A DNA stretch of 64,000 nt from an uncultured Candidatus Binatia bacterium (GTDB taxonomy: Bacteria > Desulfobacterota > Binatia > UBA9968 > JAJDTQ01), in NCBI GenBank assembly GCA_965213675.1, contig OZ243916.1:32001-96000 (forward strand), read 5' to 3'. This document shows, piece after piece, positions 29,091 through 36,907 of this stretch. Position numbers and translations under genes: made by a program. Below the pieces are notes generated by a model, which was not told the DNA's origin, did not search any database, and worked only from the letters and a program-made list of their open reading frames with translations. How positions within the stretch are numbered: the stretch's first letter is position 1; every line of letters begins with the position of its first letter.

Positions 29091-30392
29091 ATGAAGAATC
29101 CCATCGACGCGGCCGGCCGCCTCGCATCACGAGCCGAGGAAGACGGCGACTTCCGCGAACGTCTTCTCGCGCAACCCCGAGAGACCATCGAGAAGGAACT
29201 CGGCGTGACGCTGGCCGAGGACCATGAGATCCACGTGCACGAGGAAACCTACGGCGCCACGCACGTGGTGCTTCCGCCGCGCGGTAAATTCAGCGCGGCC
29301 GAACGGAAGGAGGCGAAAGCCGGCGCGACATCATTGGAGTTTCTTCGCAAGACGATGCACGATCCCGCGCCGCCCGCTCGTCCCCCGGCCGCTGGAGGGC
29401 CGAGCACCCGGGTGGACGCCGCGACCCCCGAGGCACTGGCAGGGGCGGGCAGGGAAAGCATCCGCCGCGGTCTCGCCTTCCTGGAATCCACCCTCGACGA
29501 ACAGGGGGCCTGGCATTGCATCCGGTTCAACACGGCCGACCCGAACATTCCGCGGCATTTCGAAAGACCTCCCTTCGTATCGGCCCTCTGCGTGCTCGCC
29601 CTGGAAAGCAGCGATGAAGCTCGCGCCAGGGCCATGTGCGCCGCCACCAGGGCGTACCTTGTCAGGACCATCGAGTATCCCGGGTTGTGGCGCTACTACC
29701 GCCACCTGCCCCAGGATCTGGATAGCACCTCGCTCTGCTCGCTTGTCCTCGGGACTCACCCATGGATTGCGCTGGGAAGAAACGTTCCGGCGATATTGGC
29801 GAACCGCGACGAGGAAGGCCGGTTCATGACCTGGGTGCTGGAGGAAGACGAACCCAACGTCGTGGCGACCTTTCGCATCGAGGCGGATCCGGTGGTCAAC
29901 GCCAACGTCATTGCGTATCTGGGCGACCACGCCGAGACCAAGGCTGCCCAACGATGGTTGGAATCGTTGATTGCCGAGGGCCGCCTCGAGGGCTCGTCCA
30001 AGTGGTATCCCGACACGGTGGCCATCTACTATGCCGCCACGCGCGCCATGGTCCGGGCGCGGCCCGCCCTCGATGGACTGCGCCCGATACTCGCCGACCG
30101 TATCCTGGGACTGCGCGACGACAACGGACAATTCGGCGACGTCCTCCGGACCGCGCAGGCCGTGTCGGCGCTCTACAACATTGGATGTCTTGGACGCATC
30201 GACGCCAAACGCCAGGTGGAGAGGTTCGTCGGTTGGCAACGTGAGAACGGGAGCTGGCCGGAGCTGCTCGCGTTCGGCGATCAGTCGTTGAAGTGGGGCG
30301 CGTTCGGACAGATAGGGCATGGCTCCGAAGCCGTGACCTCGGCGTTTTGTATCGAAGCGCTGGAGCGGCTGGTCGAAGTCCTGCGCGCCTGA
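29091..30392 (+). CDS. NHLP leader domain fused to a class II terpene cyclase / prenyltransferase-repeat alpha-alpha barrel domain
   Basis: aa 1-78 align without gaps to the precursor leader; C-terminal part has RRGLAFL, PQDLDSTS, DPVVNANV, SKWYP, QRENGSW, GSEAVTSA. Confidence 0.75.
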   Translation: MKNPIDAAGRLASRAEEDGDFRERLLAQPRETIEKELGVTLAEDHEIHVHEETYGATHVVLPPRGKFSAAERKEAKAGATSLEFLRKTMHDPAPPARPPAAGGPSTRVDAATPEALAGAGRESIRRGLAFLESTLDEQGAWHCIRFNTADPNIPRHFERPPFVSALCVLALESSDEARARAMCAATRAYLVRTIEYPGLWRYYRHLPQDLDSTSLCSLVLGTHPWIALGRNVPAILANRDEEGRFMTWVLEEDEPNVVATFRIEADPVVNANVIAYLGDHAETKAAQRWLESLIAEGRLEGSSKWYPDTVAIYYAATRAMVRARPALDGLRPILADRILGLRDDNGQFGDVLRTAQAVSALYNIGCLGRIDAKRQVERFVGWQRENGSWPELLAFGDQSLKWGAFGQIGHGSEAVTSAFCIEALERLVEVLRA

Positions 30393-30455
30393 CAGGTTTG
30401 TTGGCACCCGTATCGAGTGATAAAATTACACCGGTGCCGGGGAGGCTGGTCCTTT

Positions 30456-32852
30456 ATGCCGCAAGATTCAGCCCTGGGAGGGGGCGTGAGCTCGGACAAG
30501 GCTGACATCACGCAGCAGATCGAGCCGTCGGTCCGTAACGCGCTACCGCATTACCTGCCACTGGGCATTTTCCCGCTGCTTCTCGCCGCCGCGATGTACG
30601 GCGGCTGGTGGCTGTTGCCGCCATTTCTCTTCATGAGCGTCGTGGGGCCGCTGGATCGGGCGCTCGGTCCCGACGGCCGCAACATGGACCCGGAGAAAAC
30701 GCCGGAACGCCGGCTGCTCTGGCACAATCTGCCGGTCTGGATCTGGGCGTTTCTGTGGCCGCCGGCGCTCATTTTCGGCATGTGGCAAATCCTGGTCGCG
30801 AATCAGTTCGCGATCTGGGAAGCCGTGATCCTGGTGATTCTTCTGACCATGGAGGCGCAGGCTGTATTCGTGGTGGGTCACGAACTGGTCCACCGGCGCC
30901 TTGCCTGGGAACGGCGTCTCGGAGAATTCCTGCTGGCCTCCGCCTCGTATCCGCAATATTCCACGGAGCATGTCTACATCCACCACGCCAAGGTCGGCAC
31001 TCCGCTCGATGTGGGCTCGGCTCCGAAGGGGGAAAGTTTCTGGAGATATTTCCCCAAGGAAATCGTCAGCAACATCACCAACTCCTGGGAATTCGCCGGC
31101 GAGCGGCTGGCGCGGCGCGGTCTGCCGCGGTGGCACTACAGCAATCAGTTCTGGCGCTACGGCATCGCCGTCCTGTTCTGGTATGGACTGGTGTGGTGGA
31201 TGAGCGGGATCCTCGCCGTGCTGGTCTTTGTCTTTCTCGGCCTGAGCTGCGTCTTCTCGATGAAGATCAGCAACTACTTCCAGCACTACGGTCTGCGCCG
31301 GGTGCGTCAGCCCAACGGCCGTTGGGAAAAGGTGATGCCGCGCCATTCCTGGAACGCGGACTGGAAGTACAGCAACTGGATGTTTTTCAACATGCAGCGC
31401 CATGCGGATCATCATGCGGCGGCGGCACGCCACTACCCGTTGCTCCAGGTCCGCGGCGCCGATGAAGCGCCGGTATTGCCGGGCACCTACGCCGACATGA
31501 TGAACATCGTGCTGCGGCCCAGGCGCTGGTTCGAGAAGATGGACCCGCTGGTGGATCAATGGCGCGCGCATTTCTATCCGGAGATCGATGACTGGAGCGC
31601 CTACGACAGCCCGATTGCGGCGGCGCGGCCGGAAGCCTTCGAGGCCATCGTCGAAATCTTCGGCGCCGCCCCGCGGCTCGCCAGGTGGATCGAACGCAAT
31701 CCGGAGCTTCTGGACAGCCTGCGGGACCGGGAATTCACCGATCTCGACCTGCCGACGGGATTCGGGCCGGATCGGCAGACCGAGGCGATTGCGCGGCGCG
31801 GGCTTGCGCGACTCTATTGGACGGTGGAAATGGGCGTCCAGGACATGAAGGAACTGATCGCCGAAATACCCACGGCGGATGCCAGGGAAACCGCCGAGAT
31901 CGTACGAAACTGGTCCAACGACAAGGCGTTTCAGATCGCTATGCACGTGGTTCGCGGGAACCTGTCGCCGGCCGAGGCAAAGACCGCGCTGTCCAATCTC
32001 GCTGAAGCGTCGATTTCGACCTTGCTTGCCGCCGTGGTGGCGGATGGAGTCGAGCGGTCCGGACCGCTGGGGGCGGGCGGGGTCGCCGCGATATTCCTGG
32101 GCGATCTCGCCAGCCGGGAAGTTTATCCCGGCGTTGCCATCGACATGATGTTCGTTCATGACGGCGGCGAGTCCGGCGAGGAAGAGCGCCTGTGCCGGGG
32201 TTTCCGGGATGCCTTGACCGACCTGGCGCACGACAGCCTGTTGTTCTCCTCGATTCCGCCCGGCTCGAATTCGCTGTCGGCGTTGCCGCTTGCCGGACTG
32301 GCCGAGCATCGCGGCAAGCGTGCTTCCGGGGGAATTCCCGTGCTCACCCGGGCACGGTGCGTGTTCGAGTGCGGCGACTCCGGCATCGGCGGCCGCTTCG
32401 ATGAGGCACGGCGCGAAGCCTTGGCCGGATGCGGGGCGAACGAGCCCCTGATCGGCAAGCTGCGCGAGCCGCTGGAAGGCGCCGCCGAAATCAGCGTGTC
32501 CACATACGCCCGTATGCGCGGAGGGTTGGAGGCTGTCGAGAGGGCCGCGCGCTTCCTGCAGTTGACCAATGGCGGCGCGGGCTCCGACGATCCGGCTCCG
32601 CCCGCCGCGGCGCTGCTTCATGGCGCTGGCGCGGAGCCGCTGGCGCGGGCCGCGTCCCTGTGGCGGGACTTGCAGGGCATCACGCGCCTCATCGGCGGGG
32701 ATGGGTTCGACGCGGCCGCGGCAAGGCCGCGGGTCCAGTCGTTGGTCGCGAGCGCTTGCGGGCACGAGGACTTCGATGCGCTGAAGGCGGCGGTCGCCGA
32801 GACCGCGTCCCGCGCCGCCGCTGAGATCGATGCGCTTCTTTCCCGCGCATGA
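30456..32852 (+). CDS. AlkB-type membrane di-iron monooxygenase/desaturase fused to a degenerate GlnE-like nucleotidyltransferase domain
   Basis: His boxes HELVH, EHVYIHH, NYFQHYG, QRHADHH; C-terminal LSNLAEA, LGDLASRE...IDMMFV, LTRAR, RGGL...FLQL; start uncertain (30417/30456/30486). Confidence 0.8.
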   Translation: MPQDSALGGGVSSDKADITQQIEPSVRNALPHYLPLGIFPLLLAAAMYGGWWLLPPFLFMSVVGPLDRALGPDGRNMDPEKTPERRLLWHNLPVWIWAFLWPPALIFGMWQILVANQFAIWEAVILVILLTMEAQAVFVVGHELVHRRLAWERRLGEFLLASASYPQYSTEHVYIHHAKVGTPLDVGSAPKGESFWRYFPKEIVSNITNSWEFAGERLARRGLPRWHYSNQFWRYGIAVLFWYGLVWWMSGILAVLVFVFLGLSCVFSMKISNYFQHYGLRRVRQPNGRWEKVMPRHSWNADWKYSNWMFFNMQRHADHHAAAARHYPLLQVRGADEAPVLPGTYADMMNIVLRPRRWFEKMDPLVDQWRAHFYPEIDDWSAYDSPIAAARPEAFEAIVEIFGAAPRLARWIERNPELLDSLRDREFTDLDLPTGFGPDRQTEAIARRGLARLYWTVEMGVQDMKELIAEIPTADARETAEIVRNWSNDKAFQIAMHVVRGNLSPAEAKTALSNLAEASISTLLAAVVADGVERSGPLGAGGVAAIFLGDLASREVYPGVAIDMMFVHDGGESGEEERLCRGFRDALTDLAHDSLLFSSIPPGSNSLSALPLAGLAEHRGKRASGGIPVLTRARCVFECGDSGIGGRFDEARREALAGCGANEPLIGKLREPLEGAAEISVSTYARMRGGLEAVERAARFLQLTNGGAGSDDPAPPAAALLHGAGAEPLARAASLWRDLQGITRLIGGDGFDAAAARPRVQSLVASACGHEDFDALKAAVAETASRAAAEIDALLSRA

Positions 32853-35209
32853 AGGCGCCGGAGGTGCCGGCTGATCCGGCGCGGAAGACCCCGATGCAAG
32901 CGCAGACGGACGCGAATCCCCGGCGCGGAATCCTGATCAGGACGACTCCCGCGGACGAGGGTCTCGTCAAGCTTCCCGCGCTTGCTCCGCACCTGCAATT
33001 CCACGATATCGGCGAACAGCAGACCCTGCTGGTCTCCGAGTCGTTCAATACCCTGCTGCACGGCCAGCTGTATGGCGATCTGCTGCCGCTGCTGGACGGC
33101 CGGAACCCGCCGGACGAGATTGCCGGCGCCCTCGAGGGTGCCCATGCCGCCGCCGATGTTCTCGCGGCGATCGTCGCGCTCTCCGCCAAGGGCTATGTGG
33201 TTTCCGCCGATCATGGCCTGGACCGGGGCCGGGCGGCTTACTGGACGTCACTCGGCGCGTCGCCACGCTGGGTCGAACAACGGCTGGCGGAATCGCGCAT
33301 CGCGGTCGAAGGCGGCGACGGCGGGTTCATCCGGCATCTGGAAGAGAGCGGCGCCCGTTTGGGGACTGGCGCCCCCGGGCTCACCGTTGTTGTCTGCGAC
33401 GACTATCTCGGAGCACGCCTTGCGGAAGTGAATCGGCGCCAGCTCGAGGTGAGAGCGCCGTGGACGCTGGTGCGGCCGCGCGGCATGCAGGCGCTCTTCG
33501 GCCCTGTCTTTCCCGCGGACAAACAGGGACCCTGCTGGGAGTGTCTGGCGTACCGCTTGCGCAACCATCAGGAAGTCCACGGTTTCCTGCGCAACATTGC
33601 CGGCGAGGAGGGCGCCTTCAAGCCGTTCGCGGCCCAGCCCGCGGTGCTGGAGGCCCTGTACGGGCTGATGGCGGCGGAGATCGTCAAATGGCTGGTGCTG
33701 GATGAGGCCGCCCCGATTCACGAACGGGCGATGGCGATGAATGTCGGCGCCTTCGCAAGTTCGCAGCATCGGGTCATGCGCCGGCCGCAGTGCCTGGCCT
33801 GTGGCGACGAAGCGTTGCACCGGTCGGATCGATCGCCGGTTCCGCTGCGTCTGAACCCGAGCCCCAAGTGCCATTGCAACAGCGGCGGTGCGCGCTCCGT
33901 GGCGCCGGAGGTCACCCTGGCGAAGTACCGCCACTTGGTGAGCCCGATCAGTGGCGTCGTGACCTGGCTTTCGCGCACCACCGACGAGGCTGATGCCTGG
34001 CTGCATGTCTATTGGGCCGGGAGCAATCTCGGCATGCGAAGCCGGAGCTTGAGCTCGCTCAGACGCAGCCTGCGCAGCAAGAGCGCTGGCAAGGGCAGCA
34101 CACGGGAGCAATCCGAGGTCAGCGCGCTGTGCGAGGCGGTCGAGCGCTATTCGGGCGCCTTTCACGGTGACGAGATCCGCGTCCGCAAGCGATTCAACGA
34201 GTTCGCCGAGGGAGAGGCAATCCATCCCAACGATGCGCAGCTCTTCAGCGACCATCAGCTCGACAACGCGGAGAGCATCAACGCGAAGGGCCATCCCTAC
34301 AACATCGTGCCGCCGCGTCTCGAACCCGACGCCGAGATCGACTGGACGCCGGTGTGGTCGCTTACGCGGCGGCGGCATCGCCATCTGCCGGCGTCCATGC
34401 TTTACAGCATGCCGGCCGAACAGCGCGGCCCCTCGGACCTGATCGCCGATTCCAACGGCTGCGCGGCGGGCAACACGTTGGAAGAGGCCATCCTGCAGGG
34501 TTTCTATGAACTGGCCGAGCGCGATGCGTTCGCCATCTGGTGGTACAACCGCCTGCGAGTGCCCGCGGTCGATCTGGCGAGCTTCGGCGACGAGTATCTG
34601 GCATCGGCCACGGACCATTACGCCCGCTACGAGCGGGACATGTGGATGCTCGACGTCACCTCGGATATCGGCGTTCCCACGTTCGTCGCGCTTTCAAACC
34701 GGCCGGACGCCAAGACCGAGGACATCATCTACGGCGCCGGCGCCCACGCCGACCCGCGCATAGCGGCCCTGCGTGCGGTGTGCGAGTTGAACCAGTGCCT
34801 TACCTGGCTGCCACGTCCCGGAAGCGGCGATGGCCGGCCCATGATCGACGATCCGCTGGCGCTTTGGTGGTGGAAGACGGGGCGACTCGCCGACTGCTCC
34901 TGGCTGGTCCCCGCGGGGGACGTTCCCTTGCGTAGCGCCGCGAGCTATCCGGTGATCGAATCGACCGACACACGCGAGGACGTGGAGTATTGCCGCGGGC
35001 TTGTGGAAGTCAAGGGGATGGAGTTTCTGGTGCTGGACCAGACCCGGCCCGACATCGGTATGCCTGTGGTGCGGGTCATCGTGCCGGGCATGCGCCACTT
35101 TTGGGCAAGATTTGCGCCTGGCCGCCTTTACGAAGTGCCGGTCAGCATGGGCTGCCGGGAACGCCCCCTCGCTGAAGACGAACTGAATCCCGTACCAGTC
35201 ATCGCGTGA
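32849..35209 (+). CDS. srpC: fused RRE/E1-like-YcaO cyclodehydratase (azoline-forming)
   Basis: GPCWECL, RRPQCLACG, VSPISGVV, GKG, SALCEAVER, SNGCAAGNTLEEA, ELAERDA, Pro-rich C-terminus NPVPVIA; symbol recalled from sponge srp clusters. Confidence 0.92.
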   Translation: MKAPEVPADPARKTPMQAQTDANPRRGILIRTTPADEGLVKLPALAPHLQFHDIGEQQTLLVSESFNTLLHGQLYGDLLPLLDGRNPPDEIAGALEGAHAAADVLAAIVALSAKGYVVSADHGLDRGRAAYWTSLGASPRWVEQRLAESRIAVEGGDGGFIRHLEESGARLGTGAPGLTVVVCDDYLGARLAEVNRRQLEVRAPWTLVRPRGMQALFGPVFPADKQGPCWECLAYRLRNHQEVHGFLRNIAGEEGAFKPFAAQPAVLEALYGLMAAEIVKWLVLDEAAPIHERAMAMNVGAFASSQHRVMRRPQCLACGDEALHRSDRSPVPLRLNPSPKCHCNSGGARSVAPEVTLAKYRHLVSPISGVVTWLSRTTDEADAWLHVYWAGSNLGMRSRSLSSLRRSLRSKSAGKGSTREQSEVSALCEAVERYSGAFHGDEIRVRKRFNEFAEGEAIHPNDAQLFSDHQLDNAESINAKGHPYNIVPPRLEPDAEIDWTPVWSLTRRRHRHLPASMLYSMPAEQRGPSDLIADSNGCAAGNTLEEAILQGFYELAERDAFAIWWYNRLRVPAVDLASFGDEYLASATDHYARYERDMWMLDVTSDIGVPTFVALSNRPDAKTEDIIYGAGAHADPRIAALRAVCELNQCLTWLPRPGSGDGRPMIDDPLALWWWKTGRLADCSWLVPAGDVPLRSAASYPVIESTDTREDVEYCRGLVEVKGMEFLVLDQTRPDIGMPVVRVIVPGMRHFWARFAPGRLYEVPVSMGCRERPLAEDELNPVPVIA

Positions 35210-35217
35210 GGAGACAT

Positions 35218-36336
35218 ATGGATATTGACCAGGCCGTTACGCTGACCCAGGACCGTCTCGCCCAGGAGGGGGAGACCATGGGCGACCTGCTCGGGCACTT
35301 CCGAAACAGGGTTTCGCCGGTCCTGGTCGGCGGCCCGCAATGGGAGCGCATACTCGACTGCGCCGGGCAACTCCCCATCACCATGGGCGCCCTGCCGTTC
35401 GGCTTCGAGTTGCCGCTGCACGAGCCCGGGCCCGAGGCCGATTTCGGCGCTTCGCTGGCGAGCGGAACCCGGACGGCGGCGTTCTTCCAGAAGCGCGCCT
35501 GGGCCGATGAGACGGATGAGTCTGCCAGGGCCATCACGCGATTGTTCGGACAAATGGATGCCGGAGATTCACGCCTGCAGGAAATTGTCGGCCGCAAGTT
35601 GATGCTGGAATACGACATCGGCTCGGCGGGAGACGGTGAACGTTCGCATCCGGGCATGTTCCTGCGGCCCGGTGAACGCCCGATTGTCGGAGCCCGCGGC
35701 CAGGTGGATGATGTCCGTACGGTGGTGGATGCGCTCGTTTCCTGCGTCGGTTGGGAGGGGAATGACGCCGAGGGGGAGAACGTCGAACGAGCTTACCTGG
35801 CGCAGCCGGGGGACACGCGCCTGGACTCGTTCGGTGTATTCCCGTCGCGTTCACGGTCCATCCGCTTGGCGATCATGGGCTTCAAGGGGCAGGAGGAACT
35901 ACGTGCCTATCTTGAGGAGGCGGGTTGGCCCGGTCGGCTACCGGCCGTCGACGCCGTGATTTCGCGCTTCAAGGAACGCGCGAATATTGTCAGGACCGGG
36001 GTGAATGTCGACGTACGGGAAGAGGGTCTCGGTCCGACGCTCGGCCTGACGCTCATCGTCAAGCAGAGATATACAAAAGATTCACGTTACTGGCTCGACG
36101 GCCTGACCGACTGGGATCCGTTCCTGGAAGCCCTGGGCCGTGAGGAACTCGTCGTTCCGGAAAAGCTTGCGGAGCTCGCCGGCTGGGTGTCGAAAGCGAC
36201 GCCGCTATTCGGGAAGTCCGGGCGTTTCGTGCTGATGCGCGGCATTCACCACATAAAGCTGGTCATATCCGGCGATCAGCTTCGAGAAGCCAAAGCCTAT
36301 GTGTTCATGGTGCTCTCGGCAGCGGTGCCCTTTTGA
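35218..36336 (+). CDS. hypothetical RiPP-cluster protein, possible ABBA-fold prenyltransferase
   Basis: Coupled to YcaO with GAGGAG RBS; motifs FGFELPL...ADF, LEYD, HHIKLV...EAKAY; the fold call is inference. Confidence 0.55.
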   Translation: MDIDQAVTLTQDRLAQEGETMGDLLGHFRNRVSPVLVGGPQWERILDCAGQLPITMGALPFGFELPLHEPGPEADFGASLASGTRTAAFFQKRAWADETDESARAITRLFGQMDAGDSRLQEIVGRKLMLEYDIGSAGDGERSHPGMFLRPGERPIVGARGQVDDVRTVVDALVSCVGWEGNDAEGENVERAYLAQPGDTRLDSFGVFPSRSRSIRLAIMGFKGQEELRAYLEEAGWPGRLPAVDAVISRFKERANIVRTGVNVDVREEGLGPTLGLTLIVKQRYTKDSRYWLDGLTDWDPFLEALGREELVVPEKLAELAGWVSKATPLFGKSGRFVLMRGIHHIKLVISGDQLREAKAYVFMVLSAAVPF

Positions 36337-36354
36337 CATCCGTCTAAACTCGGC

Positions 36355-36402
36355 AAAAAGTTAGACCCTGTCACCCCCGCAATCGCGGGTGACGGGGTCT
36401 AT
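36355..36402 (-). terminator. intrinsic terminator between convergent genes
   Basis: Stem tagaccctgtcaccc/gggtgacggggtcta with U-run on the minus strand (aaaaa at 36355-36359). Confidence 0.75.
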
Positions 36403-36473
36403 TTCAAGCTGTGCACGGATGCGGGGATCCGGATGGTTCCGCATCCTCACCGGCTACACGCCGGCTGTTGGTT

Positions 36474-36725
36474 TTACCAGCAGCAGCAAAGGCCCGCCGA
36501 GATCGCTTCGAGCTGTTCCTCTGTGATGTTCGGATCTGGCGGCAACGCGAGATGCACCGTCTGCATGTCGCTCTCGTGGACCTTGATGGTCATCGAGTCG
36601 GGAATCGTAATGCCCAATTCCCCGCTGATGGTAGCCTTCGGATCCGAGAGAAGTTTCTGCCTGAAATCGGTGTCCAGGGAAGACTTCTCGACAATTTGCT
36701 GCAGCATTTCATCACCACTTCTCAT
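36474..36725 (-). CDS. srpE: NHLP (proteusin) precursor peptide: 78-aa leader, AG cleavage site, core LCCCW
   Basis: DFRQKLLSDPKATI.ELG, VHE, HLALPP, ITEEQLEAISAG|LCCCW; AAGGAGG RBS. Confidence 0.95.
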   Translation of the reverse strand: MRSGDEMLQQIVEKSSLDTDFRQKLLSDPKATISGELGITIPDSMTIKVHESDMQTVHLALPPDPNITEEQLEAISAGLCCCW

Positions 36726-36770
36726 GGCAAACCCTCCTTCTCTCGGAACTACTATTACAATTCCAGCTGT

Positions 36771-36800
36771 ATATTAGCATGACAATATTCCCAGGGTCAA
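36771..36800 (-). promoter_or_regulatory. sigma70 promoter of the precursor gene
   Basis: Minus strand TTGACC-N18-TAATAT with extended -10 TGn, in an AT-rich tract. Confidence 0.7.
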
Positions 36801-36907
36801 GACCTTCAAGTACCATATCTGGTATGTATCGTTCACTCAACGTCGACTCTTAAACTCTCACGACGATGTTGCAAGGTCCTGTCGCCAAGTGCCTCATGGT
36901 CGATGAA

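Noticed and set aside
29325-29440. Second core peptide following the NHLP domain of the fusion enzyme
   Set aside because: No Cys or Trp; Pro/Ala-rich linker reading straight into the enzyme domain, and the cleavage motif is degenerate
30401-30418. TTGGCAC as a sigma54 promoter for the AlkB-fusion gene
   Set aside because: The -12 position reads GA rather than the invariant GC
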